A stretch of 64,000 bases of DNA, from assembly GCA_036555615.1 (NCBI GenBank), contig DATBKZ010000028.1, positions 5,212 through 69,211 on the forward strand, in the 5' to 3' direction. How positions within the stretch are numbered: position 1 is the first letter of the stretch; every line of letters starts with the position of its first letter. Positions 27,209 to 36,984 of this stretch are shown here, in pieces. The notes under the pieces are model-generated. The model was not told the origin of the DNA and made no database searches. It saw only the letters and a program-made list of their open reading frames with translations. The stretch comes from Burkholderiales bacterium. GTDB lineage: Bacteria; Pseudomonadota; Gammaproteobacteria; Burkholderiales; SG8-41. Position numbers and translations under genes: made by a program.

Positions 27209-28915
27209 TCAGCCGAAGAGGCCGCCGACCCGCGCCCCCGCGATGCGGTTGACGACGAAGAGGCTCGCCGCGCACAGCACGATCAGGATCACTCCAAGCG
27301 CGGCCGCCTGGCCGTGCGATCCCGCAATGTAGTAGGTGAAGATGCCGATGGGAATCATTTCCCAGCCGCCCAGCACCAGGAACAGGGTGGCGGAGGCCTC
27401 CTGGATCGACATGATGAAGGAGAACAGCGCGCCCACGAGGATCCCCTTCCATACCAGCGGCACCGTGACGTCCCGGAACGTCCTCAGCTTCGTCGCGCCG
27501 ACGTTCTCCGCAGCCTCCTCCATTGATTTGTGCACGAGCAGCAGCGACGAGTAGCTGCCGCGCACGGTGTACGGAAGGCGGCGCACGGCGAGGACGAGCG
27601 GCAGCACGAACCACATGCTGGTGAGCGCGATGTCGATCACCGGCAGCGGATAGTGGAAGGCGCGGATGTAGGCGATGCCGATCGCGGTCCCGGGGATGGC
27701 GAGAATCAGCGTGGTGAGCGCGTCCATCGCGCCCCGCCCCAATGTCTGGGTCCGCGCCATGATCCACGCCATCGGCACCCCGATGACCAGGCAGATCAGC
27801 ACGGCCAGCCCCGAGAACATCAGCGAGTTGACGATGAACTTGGGCGTCTCGATGCTCACCTGCCGGAAGTAATCCAGGGTGTAATGGACCGGGAACGGCG
27901 TCAGCGCCCAACCCTTGCCGACCGCCGCCAGCACCACGCCGACCTGGGGCACGGCCGACACGAAGAGGAGCGCCACGAGGAAACCGACCGCCAGCCAGCG
28001 CTTCACCGGCCCGAGTTGCCGCCGCTCGACCTTCGAATAGGCAAGCGAGCTGTAGTCCTTGATCGCCACGTAATGGCGCGCCACCAACACAAATATGATG
28101 GCGAACACGACCATCAGCGCCGAGATCACGATGCCCATGCGGAAGATGCGCCGGTCGACAAACTGGACGATGTTGAGATACGCCTGCACCGCGAGGAGAT
28201 CCTGCACGCCGACCACGAGCGGCGTCACGAAGTCGGCGAACGTCCAGATGAAGACAAGCAGCGCCCCGGAAATGTAGCCGGGCGTAGTGAGCGGCAGCGT
28301 GATGTCCCGGAAGCGCCTCCATCCCCGCGCCCCCATGCCCGCCGCGGCCTCCTCCAGCGCGGGATCGACCTTGGACAGGGAGTCGAGAATGGAGAGCGTC
28401 ATCAGCGGAAAAAGATGCACCGTCTCGACCAGCAGCACGCCGTGCATTCCGTACATGAAATTGATGGGGTGGTCCAGGCCGAACCAGTCGTGGAGGATGA
28501 CGTTGACGGTCCCGGCCCGGCCGAGGATGAAGACGAAGCCGAGCACCCCCACGAGCGGCGGCAGGATCATCGGCAGCATCGTGAGATAGCCGAAGAGATT
28601 CCGGTACGGAAAGTCGTAGCGGATGATGAGGAACGCCACCGCGATACCGATCACCGAGGTCGTGATCACCGCGGCGACCCCCAGCACCATAGAGTTCCAG
28701 AGCGAGCGCAGGTAGAAGCGGTCGGTGAAGAACTCCTGGAAGTTGACGAGCGTGAACTGCCCCGCTTCGTTGGTGAACGCGTCGTAGAAGATGCGCGTGA
28801 GCGGATAGAGCAGGAAGATGATGAGGAATGCCCAGATCAGGCCGAACCCGACCACGGAGATCGCCGGAATGCGGGGGCCCCGGGCCGCGGCAACGGTGGC
28901 TTGCGCGACGCTCAC
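27209..28915 (-). CDS. ABC transporter permease with duplicated membrane domain (Fe3+/FbpB-like type)
   Basis: 568 aa, about 12 TM helices, and two internal BPD-type permease repeats. Confidence 0.8.
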   Translation of the reverse strand: MSVAQATVAAARGPRIPAISVVGFGLIWAFLIIFLLYPLTRIFYDAFTNEAGQFTLVNFQEFFTDRFYLRSLWNSMVLGVAAVITTSVIGIAVAFLIIRYDFPYRNLFGYLTMLPMILPPLVGVLGFVFILGRAGTVNVILHDWFGLDHPINFMYGMHGVLLVETVHLFPLMTLSILDSLSKVDPALEEAAAGMGARGWRRFRDITLPLTTPGYISGALLVFIWTFADFVTPLVVGVQDLLAVQAYLNIVQFVDRRIFRMGIVISALMVVFAIIFVLVARHYVAIKDYSSLAYSKVERRQLGPVKRWLAVGFLVALLFVSAVPQVGVVLAAVGKGWALTPFPVHYTLDYFRQVSIETPKFIVNSLMFSGLAVLICLVIGVPMAWIMARTQTLGRGAMDALTTLILAIPGTAIGIAYIRAFHYPLPVIDIALTSMWFVLPLVLAVRRLPYTVRGSYSSLLLVHKSMEEAAENVGATKLRTFRDVTVPLVWKGILVGALFSFIMSIQEASATLFLVLGGWEMIPIGIFTYYIAGSHGQAAALGVILIVLCAASLFVVNRIAGARVGGLFG

Positions 28916-28919
28916 GCGC

Positions 28920-29996
28920 TCAAACCGCCGGGATCGCGAGCGTGCTGCCGATCGGGCAGCTCAGCGCGACCGCGGTTCCCATCGGAAACTGCTCGTGGTG
29001 CCACGGGTCGCCGATATCGGCCTTGAACACGATGCCGCCGCCGAGATCGACGTCGTAGCGCAGGGTGTTGCCGAGATACGCGGCAAAGGAGATCTTGCCC
29101 TTGAAGTGATTCCTTCCGGCGCCGGATGCGCCGTTGACGGAGAGATTTTCGGGGCGGATGCAGACCACGCACCGGTCTCCCGGCTGGAGCGGCGCATCGT
29201 GGATCGCCGCAATCTCGCCGAGCGGAGTATCCACGCGCAGGCTGCGATCCGGCCCTTCGACGGAGCGCACGGTGCCGTCGACGAGGTTGTTGATGCCGAT
29301 GAAGTCGGCCACGAACCGGGTAGCCGGCTGCTCGTAGAGCGCCTTGGGCGGCCCGACCTGGAATACCTTTCCCTGGTTGAAGACCGCGATGCGGTCCGAC
29401 AGGGTCAGCGCCTCCTCCTGGTCGTGGGTCACGTAAATGGTCGTGATGCCGAGCTCCCTCTGCAGCTTGCGGATCTCCGCGCGCACCTGGATGCGGATCT
29501 TCGCATCCAGGTTCGAGAGCGGCTCGTCGAGCAGCAGGATCTCGGGGTTCAGCACCAGCGCGCGGGCGAGGGCCACGCGCTGCTGCTGGCCGCCCGACAA
29601 CTGCCCGGGATAGCGCTCGCCGAGGCCGCCGAGCTTCACTTTCTCGAGCACGCCATGGACCCGGTCGGCGATATCCGAGGTGGAGACCTTGCGCAGCTTG
29701 AGCCCGTAGGAGACGTTCTGCGCGACCGTCATGTGCGGCCACAAGGCGTAGTTCTGGAACACCATGCCGATGCCGCGCTCGTGCGGCGGCACGTCATTCA
29801 CGACGCGGTCGCCGAAGCGGATCGTCCCGTTATCCGGGGCGTAGAAGCCGGCAATCAGGCGGAGCAGCGTGGTCTTGCCGCAGCCCGACGGACCAAGGAG
29901 GGTAAACAGCTCACCCTCCTCGATCGCGAGGCTGACGTCGCTGACCGCTGCCAGCGCCCCGAAGCGCTTGGTGAGGTTCGCGACCGCTATGCGCAC
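28920..29996 (-). CDS. ABC transporter ATP-binding protein (PotA/FbpC-like with C-terminal TOBE-like domain)
   Basis: Walker A GPSGCGKTT, signature LSGGQQQRVALARAL, Walker B LLLDEPLSNLD. The start is set at GTG 29996, because the longer track ORF overlaps the upstream binder gene. Confidence 0.85.
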   Translation of the reverse strand: MRIAVANLTKRFGALAAVSDVSLAIEEGELFTLLGPSGCGKTTLLRLIAGFYAPDNGTIRFGDRVVNDVPPHERGIGMVFQNYALWPHMTVAQNVSYGLKLRKVSTSDIADRVHGVLEKVKLGGLGERYPGQLSGGQQQRVALARALVLNPEILLLDEPLSNLDAKIRIQVRAEIRKLQRELGITTIYVTHDQEEALTLSDRIAVFNQGKVFQVGPPKALYEQPATRFVADFIGINNLVDGTVRSVEGPDRSLRVDTPLGEIAAIHDAPLQPGDRCVVCIRPENLSVNGASGAGRNHFKGKISFAAYLGNTLRYDVDLGGGIVFKADIGDPWHHEQFPMGTAVALSCPIGSTLAIPAV

Positions 29997-30025
29997 TGGG
30001 CTCGAGTCCGGCGTCCGGTCGCCGC

Positions 30026-31147
30026 CTATTTCCTCTTCAGCTGCTCCGCGACAGCCTCGATCTCCTTGCGGTATGTCGAGTTGACCTGCTCGTAGCGCTT
30101 CTGGGCGATATCGTCGTCGTAGATATTGACCACGTCGACGTCGAAGTAGGACCGCATGCCGCCCGTGAACTCGACCGCCATCTCCGCCTGGGATCCCGGC
30201 TTGCCCTTGACGCGATACTTGGGTGTGATCGGGAACACACCCCGTTCCATCGCCACCCGCTGGCCGCGCTCCGAAAGCAGGTACTCGATGAACGCGCGCG
30301 CGGCGCGCGGGTTCTTCGATCCCGCGAGAATGGCGATCGGCTCCGGCGTAATCCACGCGGTCTTTGGCGCGGCAAACTTGATCTCGTAGCCGGCGAGGCG
30401 GTCCTCGAACGCCATGTAGCTCGGCACCGCAAAGCCGGCCGCGAACTCGCCCCGCGCCACGACCGACGGCACGTCACGGCTGCGCGCGGTGAAGATTCCC
30501 GTGTTGCCGGCAAGGCGCTTCAGCCACGCCCAGCCCTTCGCGTCGCCGTCGCGCTGGAGGATCACCTCGTAGGTCGCGTGGCTGCTGGACGAGCGCGTCG
30601 GCGCGCACTGGGCGACCTGGCCTTTCAGCCGGGGGTGGAGCAGATCGTCCCAGTCCTTGGGCTCGGGCACGCCGAGCTTGGCGAGCAGCTTCGGGTGATA
30701 GACCAGGCCATAGGGCTCGAGCACGGTGCCGGTCCAGAAGCCCTTGGGATCCTTGAGGGGGATGGGCTTCGGCTTGCCGATGCTGTTTGGAATCGAATCC
30801 ATCACGGCCTTGGGCAGGTCAAGCTTGGCGAGCAGGCCCTGCTCCGCAAGCTTGTCGAACAGCGCGCTTTCGCCGCCCCAGAAGATGTCGGCATCGGGCC
30901 GCCCCTTCCACTCCACGATACGTCCGTAGGCGACGGGGGTGCCGGCCGCAAGCGAGCTCGTCTTCACGCTGACGTTCCACCGCTCCTTCGCGTACTTTGC
31001 GAAATCCGCAAGCGTGGGGTCGGTGAGGGTCCTCGCGACCGGGGTGATCAGCACGAGAGCGTTGTCCATGGCCTGGGCGGCCGCCGGACCGCCCGTGGCC
31101 GACAGCACTACCAGTGCCGCGCACAGCATCTTGATGAACCTGGTCAT
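30026..31147 (-). CDS. ABC transporter periplasmic solute-binding protein (family 1, Fe3+-type)
   Basis: Signal peptide MTRFIKMLCAALVVLSATGGPAAAQA. ATG 31147 is preceded by AAGGAG. It is the first gene of the three-gene ABC operon. Confidence 0.8.
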   Translation of the reverse strand: MTRFIKMLCAALVVLSATGGPAAAQAMDNALVLITPVARTLTDPTLADFAKYAKERWNVSVKTSSLAAGTPVAYGRIVEWKGRPDADIFWGGESALFDKLAEQGLLAKLDLPKAVMDSIPNSIGKPKPIPLKDPKGFWTGTVLEPYGLVYHPKLLAKLGVPEPKDWDDLLHPRLKGQVAQCAPTRSSSSHATYEVILQRDGDAKGWAWLKRLAGNTGIFTARSRDVPSVVARGEFAAGFAVPSYMAFEDRLAGYEIKFAAPKTAWITPEPIAILAGSKNPRAARAFIEYLLSERGQRVAMERGVFPITPKYRVKGKPGSQAEMAVEFTGGMRSYFDVDVVNIYDDDIAQKRYEQVNSTYRKEIEAVAEQLKRK

Positions 31148-31245
31148 GGCTTTCTCCTTGGGTGCGGGAGCGAGCAGCTCCCATTGCTGCATCGTGATGT
31201 CAGGCGGCGGCCGGTGGTTTGACGCAGATCAACCCCGGCGCTTCT

Positions 31246-32250
31246 TCATTGAACGGTGACCCGGTCGTAATGGTAGGGATGCGCGAGCAATCGCGCAACG
31301 GCCTCCGCGACGCTCGCGGCATGGTTAAGCACCTGGTCCACGGCCAGCGTGATCGGCATGTCCACATCATGGCGCCGGGCAAGCGCGGCGACCGATTCGG
31401 CCGAATGGACTCCCTCCTGGACGGTTACCCGCTCGCGCAGGATATCCTGGAGCTTCCTGCCTTCGCCGAGCGCTATCCCGAGGGAGGTGTTGCGCGATTT
31501 CGTGCTGTTGCAGCTCAGGTTGAGGTCGCCCGCTCCCGAAAGCCCCATGAAAGTCTCGAGCCGCGCGCCCATCGCCACCCCCAGGCGCGCCATCTCGGCA
31601 AGTCCGCGCGCAAACAGCGTCGCGCGCGTGCTCTCGCCGAGCTTCATGCCGATCGCGGCGCCGCAGGCGATCGCGAAGACGTTCTTGAGCACGCCCCCGA
31701 TCAGAGCGCCGATGACGTCGTCGGACAGGTAGGTGCGAAAGCGTGGGCTCCCGATCGCGTGCGTGAGCCGTTCGCCGATGTCGGGCTCGGCGCAGGCGAG
31801 CGTCACCCCCGCCGGGCTGTCCACCGCGATGTCGTGCGCGAACGAGGGGCCGGATAGGACTGCAACGGGCGTGCCGGGCAGCGTTTCGGCGATGACCTGG
31901 GACATCAGGGCGCACGTGCCGCGCTCGATGCCCTTCGAGCAGGTAACCACCGGCACGCCGCGCCCGAGATGAGGGCGCAACTGGCCCGTCACAGCGCGCA
32001 TATGCTGCGCCGGCGGCGCCAGGAGGAGAAAATCGGCGTCCCGCGCGGCCGCGGCGAGGTCGTTCGTGGCAGTCACGCCCGGGACGAGGGGTATGCCCGG
32101 CAGGAACACAGGGTTCGTCCCGTCACGATTGATCGAGGCGACGACCTCCGGCTCGCGCGCCCAGATGGCGACCTCATGACCGGAGCGGCGCACCACGCAC
32201 GCCATTGCCGTCCCGAACGCCCCGCCCCCGATGATCCCTATGCGTGCCAC
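31246..32250 (-). CDS. gpsA: NAD(P)H-dependent glycerol-3-phosphate dehydrogenase
   Basis: ARIGIIGGGAFGTAMA Rossmann N-terminus, 334 aa, GTG start. It is immediately downstream of glpK. Confidence 0.9.
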   Translation of the reverse strand: MARIGIIGGGAFGTAMACVVRRSGHEVAIWAREPEVVASINRDGTNPVFLPGIPLVPGVTATNDLAAAARDADFLLLAPPAQHMRAVTGQLRPHLGRGVPVVTCSKGIERGTCALMSQVIAETLPGTPVAVLSGPSFAHDIAVDSPAGVTLACAEPDIGERLTHAIGSPRFRTYLSDDVIGALIGGVLKNVFAIACGAAIGMKLGESTRATLFARGLAEMARLGVAMGARLETFMGLSGAGDLNLSCNSTKSRNTSLGIALGEGRKLQDILRERVTVQEGVHSAESVAALARRHDVDMPITLAVDQVLNHAASVAEAVARLLAHPYHYDRVTVQ

Positions 32251-32253
32251 CTT

Positions 32254-32288
32254 CCCTGCTCCCTCATCCCTCCGCCCTCGTCCCTAGT
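32254..32288 (-). repeat. Five tandem heptamers AGGGNNN (mRNA sense) filling the glpK-gpsA intercistronic spacer
   Basis: On the plus strand, CCCT recurs at 32254, 32261, 32268, 32275 and 32282 (exact 7-nt spacing). The mRNA sense reads TAG AACT AGGGACG AGGGCGG AGGGATG AGGGAGC AGGGAAG GTG. Confidence 0.75.
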
Positions 32289-32289
32289 T

Positions 32290-33780
32290 CTACTCCTCCG
32301 CCCAGTTCTTCGCGCGCTCGACAGCCTTGCGCCAGCCGGCCATCAGCGACTCCACCCGGTCGCGGCTCATGGCGGGCTCGAAGCTGCGATCCGCGCGCCA
32401 CTGCGCGCCGATCTCTTCGCCGTCTTCCCAGTAGCCCACCGCCAGCCCGGCGAGGTATGCCGCCCCCAGCGCGGTGGTCTCGGTGACTTTCGGGCGCACC
32501 ACCGGCACGCCCAGGAGATCGGCCTGAAACTGCATCAGCATGTCGTTCTTCGCCGCCCCGCCGTCGACGCGCATTCCGGCAAGCTCGATGCCGGAATCCG
32601 CTTCCATGGCGTGCAGCACATCCGCCGTCTGATAGGCGATGCTTTCGAGCGCGGCGCGGGCGATATGCGCCGCCGCCGATCCCCGCGTGAGGCCCAGGAT
32701 GGCGCCGCGCGCATAGGGATCCCAGTGCGGGCTGCCGGTGCCGGCGAAGGCCGGCACGAGATAGACGCCGCCGTTGTCCGCGACGCTCGCGGCGAGCCGC
32801 TCGATATCGCCCGAGGACTTGATGATGCCGAGGCCATCGCGCAGCCACTGCACCACCGCGCCCGCGATGAATACGCTGCCTTCGAGCGCATACTCGGGGC
32901 CGCTGCCGGACGGGCACGCCGCGGTCGTCAGCAGCTTGTTGCGGGAGGGGACCGGGCACCGCCCGGTATGCATCAGCATGAAGCAGCCGGTACCGTAGGT
33001 GTTCTTGACGGTGCCCGGCGTCACGCAGCGTTGCCCGAACAATGCGGCCTGCTGGTCGCCCGCAATGCCCGCAATGGGGATCCGGACGGCGAACAGCCCC
33101 GCCGCCGTCTCCGCCACCAACCCGCTCGATGGGCGCACTTGCGGCAGGACACGGTCCGGAACGCCGAGCATGTCGAGCAGCTCCCGGTCCCAGCGGCCCG
33201 CATGGATGTCGTAGAGCAGCGTGCGCGAGGCGTTGCTGACGTCGGTCACGTGCACGGCGCCTCCCGAGAGCTTCCACACGAGCCAGCTGTCGATCGTGCC
33301 AAAGGCGAGCTCCCCGGCCTCGGCGCGGGCGCGGGCCCCGGGCACGTTATCCAGTATCCAGCCGAGCTTCGTGCCCGAAAAATAGGCGTCCAGCAGCAGG
33401 CCGGTCTTCGCGGTCACGCGTGGCTCGAGACCCTGCACCTTGAGCGCATCGCATGCCGCCGCCGTGCGGCGGTCCTGCCAGACGATGGCGTTGCACACGG
33501 GCCGCCCGCTGGCACGCTCCCAAACTACAGTCGTCTCGCGCTGGTTGGTGATCCCGATCGCTGCCACCTCGCGCGCCTGGACGCCGGCGCGCGCAAGGGC
33601 CTCGTGGGCAACCGCGATCTGCGCCACCCAGATCTCCTCGGGATCGTGCTCCACCCAGCCCGGCCGGGGAAACACCTGGGTGAACTCCTTCTGGGCGAGC
33701 GCCCGTATGCCGCCCGAGGCATCGAACACGATGGCGCGGGAGCTGGTAGTGCCCTGGTCGAGCGCGAGAATGACGCTCAT
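32290..33780 (-). CDS. glpK: Glycerol kinase
   Basis: 496 aa. N-terminus [20 protein letters not shown], and the FGGY kinase pattern throughout. Confidence 0.95.
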   Translation of the reverse strand: MSVILALDQGTTSSRAIVFDASGGIRALAQKEFTQVFPRPGWVEHDPEEIWVAQIAVAHEALARAGVQAREVAAIGITNQRETTVVWERASGRPVCNAIVWQDRRTAAACDALKVQGLEPRVTAKTGLLLDAYFSGTKLGWILDNVPGARARAEAGELAFGTIDSWLVWKLSGGAVHVTDVSNASRTLLYDIHAGRWDRELLDMLGVPDRVLPQVRPSSGLVAETAAGLFAVRIPIAGIAGDQQAALFGQRCVTPGTVKNTYGTGCFMLMHTGRCPVPSRNKLLTTAACPSGSGPEYALEGSVFIAGAVVQWLRDGLGIIKSSGDIERLAASVADNGGVYLVPAFAGTGSPHWDPYARGAILGLTRGSAAAHIARAALESIAYQTADVLHAMEADSGIELAGMRVDGGAAKNDMLMQFQADLLGVPVVRPKVTETTALGAAYLAGLAVGYWEDGEEIGAQWRADRSFEPAMSRDRVESLMAGWRKAVERAKNWAEE

Positions 33781-33927
33781 TCGATCGGAGTTCCCCCCCT
33801 ATTGTGTCAAAGTTCCGGACACCCCGGCCGCCTCTTTATTGTGTGCCGCAATATCGCTAGAATGATCCGCGTCGTCCCGAATGCCCTGCGTTCCCGGGGC
33901 CCGAGGGCGCATCAGGGAGTGTAGTGA

Positions 33928-34065
33928 ATGCTTTTCTACGCGTTCTACGTCATCGCGGTCATTATTCTGATTCTGCACTTCACCGGCTGGCTCAAGCGCA
34001 ACAATCTCGAGTGGCTCGTGCTGGTGCTGGCGGTGGCAACTTTCCCCGCAGTCGTCTTTCTCTAG
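33928..34065 (+). CDS. Small hydrophobic protein (45 aa, two predicted TM helices), not in the supplied ORF track
   Basis: ATG is preceded by AGGGAG at 8-nt spacing. Translation is MLFYAFYVIAVIILILHFTGWLKRNNLEWLVLVLAVATFPAVVFL. About 80 percent of third positions are G/C (counted by hand). Confidence 0.45.
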   Translation: MLFYAFYVIAVIILILHFTGWLKRNNLEWLVLVLAVATFPAVVFL

Positions 34066-34121
34066 GCCCGTCCGCCGACGGTCCACCGTCCGCTGCACCA
34101 GCGGGCGTGAGAGCGAGCGAT

Positions 34122-34868
34122 CTACTTTGACAGCAGGCTCACGCCTGCCATCAGCAGCAGCAGCGCCATCAGCTTGGAGAAGCTTTCCTGGCTGATGCGG
34201 TTGCCGAGCCGCTCGCCCACCCAGGTTCCGGTCCCCATCAGCGGCAGCATGAGGGCGCACAGCAACAGCGTCTCCCTCGAGTAATAGCCCGCTGCCCCGT
34301 AGCCCGCGATGCGGGCGAGCATCTCGGCGAGCCAGAGCGCCGCGACCGTGGCGCGGAACGATGCGCGCGCGAGGCGGCGCATGTGCAGGTAGATCACGAC
34401 CAGCGTGCCGCCACCACCCCCGAACAGCGTGTCGATGAACGCGCCCGCGAAGCCGACCGGGTACGCCCAGCGCTGCGAGCACGTCATCGCCGGCAGGCCG
34501 AAGTAATGCACCGCGAACGCGTAGAGCGAGTGGGCAATCAGGAAAGCGCCCAGCAGCTTCAGCAGCAGGCGGTTGTCGAGATGGGTGAAGAGCAGCACGC
34601 CGCCCGCCACGCCGAGCAGCGTCGGGACGACGAGACGCTTCAGCTCGTCCCGCGCCACGTCGCGCCAGTCGCGAATGCTCAGGAACACGAACAGGAACAG
34701 CACCATCAGGCCGAACATGGAGACCGCCGTGTGCACCGGCATCAGGAACGCGAGCAGCGGCACGCCGATCATGCCCGCGCCGAATCCGGACATGCCGCGC
34801 ACGACGAATGCCCCGAACACGATCCCGGCCGCCAAGGCGAGCTCGAGCGGGCCGAGACCTGCCGTCAT
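34122..34868 (-). CDS. TauE/SafE (DUF81) family sulfite/anion exporter-like membrane protein
   Basis: 248 aa from ATG 34868. Motifs VRGMSGFGAGMIGVPLL and FIDTLFGGGGGTL. The 673-aa track ORF is an upstream read-through in a different frame from the MFS gene. Confidence 0.8.
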   Translation of the reverse strand: MTAGLGPLELALAAGIVFGAFVVRGMSGFGAGMIGVPLLAFLMPVHTAVSMFGLMVLFLFVFLSIRDWRDVARDELKRLVVPTLLGVAGGVLLFTHLDNRLLLKLLGAFLIAHSLYAFAVHYFGLPAMTCSQRWAYPVGFAGAFIDTLFGGGGGTLVVIYLHMRRLARASFRATVAALWLAEMLARIAGYGAAGYYSRETLLLCALMLPLMGTGTWVGERLGNRISQESFSKLMALLLLMAGVSLLSK

Positions 34869-36073
34869 CTGGCGCGCGCCGGCCGCGCTTCCCGTCCGTG
34901 CGCGAGCAGCAGCAGGCCGAGCGCCGCGACCCCGGCAACGACTATCAGCCAGAACGTCCCGCTGTAGGAGCCGACGATCCCGTGCGTCAGCGTGAAGACG
35001 GGCGGGCCCATCATCACGCCGCCGAAGACGAAGAACGACATTCCGCCCGCGGCAAGGCTGATCATCCCCGGGGGACTCAGCCGCGCGCACTCGGCGTGGA
35101 CGATGCCGTTCCAGCCCACGCAGCTCGCGCCGAGAAGGAAGAAGAGGACATACACCAGCGCCTTCGGCCAGCCCGCTCCGAGCGCGATGAGCGCGATCGA
35201 GCACGCGATCATGATCACGCAGATGAGCGTGAGCACGGCAAGGCCGCTCTTCATGCGGTCGGCCAGCCAGCCCCACGGAATGCGCGAAGTCGCGCCGCCG
35301 ACCTGGACAACCGACAGCATGATTCCCGCCTCCACCAGGCCGTAGCCAGCCTCGGCCACGAGATAGACGACGGTAAAGCTCAGCACGATGCGCTGGATGC
35401 TGGAGAAAAGCACCGCGACCAGCGCGACCCAGCGCAGCGCCTGCTGCCGCCATACCAGCGGCACGCCACCGAAGGGCGCGCTCTTCAGGCTGCCGACGGG
35501 CCGCTGATCGCTGTCCCATGCGACACGCGCGCGCTCCGTCAGGACCAGCGTCGCCACCGCGACCGCGGCGATCATGGCGAGCGACCAGCGCCAGTCCACG
35601 GTCACCGCGAGCACCGGGGCGGCCAGAGCGACCACCACCCCGCCCAGCGGCACGCCAGTCTGCTTGATCGAGAAGAACAGGTTGCGGCGCTCGGGCGGGG
35701 TGTGCCGGGCTAGGAGGAAGGAAGCCGCGGGTGCGGCGAAGCCCATGCCGGTGCCGACGAACAATGAGCCCAGCGCGATGAAGCCGACATGCGGCAGCGC
35801 GAGGAGCGCCAGGCCGATCGCGCTGGAGACCATGCTGATCTGAGTCGTCCGCGCGGCCCCCACGCGCAGGACGACGATTCCACCGTAGACCGACGCCACC
35901 GCCGCCGCCCCGAAGGTGAGGCCGACGTGGTAGCCCACGAGGACCGGGGCGACCCCCAGCGATTCCGCCACCTTGGGGGCGATGGTGGAGAGCACGATGT
36001 TCGACATCGCGACCACCATCTGCGCGGCGGTCGTCACCAGCAGGACGTACCAGGCGGGCATTGCGTGATTCAT
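34865..36073 (-). CDS. MFS transporter
   Basis: 402 aa, 12 hydrophobic helices. Its stop overlaps the TauE start (ATGA). Confidence 0.8.
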   Translation of the reverse strand: MNHAMPAWYVLLVTTAAQMVVAMSNIVLSTIAPKVAESLGVAPVLVGYHVGLTFGAAAVASVYGGIVVLRVGAARTTQISMVSSAIGLALLALPHVGFIALGSLFVGTGMGFAAPAASFLLARHTPPERRNLFFSIKQTGVPLGGVVVALAAPVLAVTVDWRWSLAMIAAVAVATLVLTERARVAWDSDQRPVGSLKSAPFGGVPLVWRQQALRWVALVAVLFSSIQRIVLSFTVVYLVAEAGYGLVEAGIMLSVVQVGGATSRIPWGWLADRMKSGLAVLTLICVIMIACSIALIALGAGWPKALVYVLFFLLGASCVGWNGIVHAECARLSPPGMISLAAGGMSFFVFGGVMMGPPVFTLTHGIVGSYSGTFWLIVVAGVAALGLLLLAHGREARPARAR

Positions 36074-36202
36074 CTGAGGCTATCCACTTCGGCCGCGCGT
36101 TGAACGGCGCAGGAACGGCTCGATATAGATCCGGGGCGCGCACCGTGTCCGTTCCAACGCGCGGAGCCGGCCCGGCGCGCCAGCGTCAGGTATCGGCACA
36201 TT

Positions 36203-36231
36203 TTGACATGTCAGCCGCGCGTTCATAGAAT
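36203..36231 (+). promoter_or_regulatory. Sigma70-type promoter (TTGACA-17 nt-TAGAAT) with an overlapping TGACATGTCA palindrome
   Basis: Hexamers and spacing were read directly, 28 nt upstream of the GntR-family gene. The 10-bp perfect palindrome fits the generic GntR GT-N-AC operator style. Confidence 0.55.
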
Positions 36232-36258
36232 TTCAATGAGCCCCTGCCCGTCCCGTCG

Positions 36259-36981
36259 ATGATGCACTCCCAGCCCGGCCGGACCCTGGCCGAGATCCGA
36301 TCCATGCCGCTGCTGTCGGACCGCGCGTACGAGCGCATCCGCCATGACATCATCAGCTGCGTGCTCGCGCCCGGCGCGGAGATCTCCGAAACCCAGCTGT
36401 GCTCGCAATACCGCATCGGCAAGGCGCCCGTGAGAATGGCCTTGAACCGGCTGGCGCATGACGGCCTGGTGCGCGCGATCCCGCGCCGCGGCTACCGCGT
36501 CGCGCCGATCACGGTGAAAGACGTCCACGACGTGTTCGAGCTGCGCCTGATGCTCGAGCCCGCTGCCGCGCGCATGGCCGCAGGCAAGATCGGCGCGCAG
36601 CGGATGCGCGTGCTGGACGAGGTCGCGCGCTCGAGCTACCAGCCCGGCGATCCCGGGAGCACCTCGCGCTTCCTCGAGGCAAGCAAGGCGTTCCACGTCG
36701 CCATCGCCCGCGCGACCGGCAATGCGCGGCTCGCCGAGGCGATCGAGCGGCTGCTCGACGACATGACGCGGCTTCTGCACCTTGGGCTCGGGCTGCGCGA
36801 CCGCTCGCAGGAGCTCTCGCGCGCGCACCGCGCGCTCGTCAAGGCGCTCGGCCGCGGCGACGGGGACGCGGCGGAGCGCATCTGCCGCGAGCAGATCGAG
36901 ACCGCGCGCAACATGGTCCTGTCCGCGATACTGACCTCCGGCTCGGTGCTCAACCTCGCCCTGGAGGCGGAGGAGCCATAG
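36259..36981 (+). CDS. GntR family (FadR/FCD subfamily) transcriptional regulator
   Basis: Winged HTH ISETQLCSQYRIGKAPVRMALNRLAHDGLV plus a helical FCD-like C-terminal domain. Confidence 0.9.
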   Translation: MMHSQPGRTLAEIRSMPLLSDRAYERIRHDIISCVLAPGAEISETQLCSQYRIGKAPVRMALNRLAHDGLVRAIPRRGYRVAPITVKDVHDVFELRLMLEPAAARMAAGKIGAQRMRVLDEVARSSYQPGDPGSTSRFLEASKAFHVAIARATGNARLAEAIERLLDDMTRLLHLGLGLRDRSQELSRAHRALVKALGRGDGDAAERICREQIETARNMVLSAILTSGSVLNLALEAEEP

Positions 36982-36984
36982 CCG

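Noticed and set aside
527-32288. Possibility that the tandem heptamer arrays are CRISPR arrays or minisatellite-type contingency loci
   Set aside because: The repeat unit is only 7 nt, with no unique spacers and no cas genes, so they are not CRISPR arrays. The arrays are intergenic and degenerate, not perfect in-frame repeats inside genes, so classic phase-variation by slipped-strand mispairing in a coding region is unlikely.
34122-36143. 673-aa ORF suggesting a large fusion protein. Similar over-long track ORFs are 37311-39500 (729 aa), 56676-58028 (450 aa), 28920-30356 (478 aa) and 11023-13023 (666 aa).
   Set aside because: In each case only the 3' part has family similarity (TauE, acyl-CoA synthetase, GT4, ABC ATPase, MutL). 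The 5' part overlaps the well-supported upstream gene in a different frame. Internal ATG/GTG/TTG starts that abut or slightly overlap the upstream stop give proteins of canonical length.
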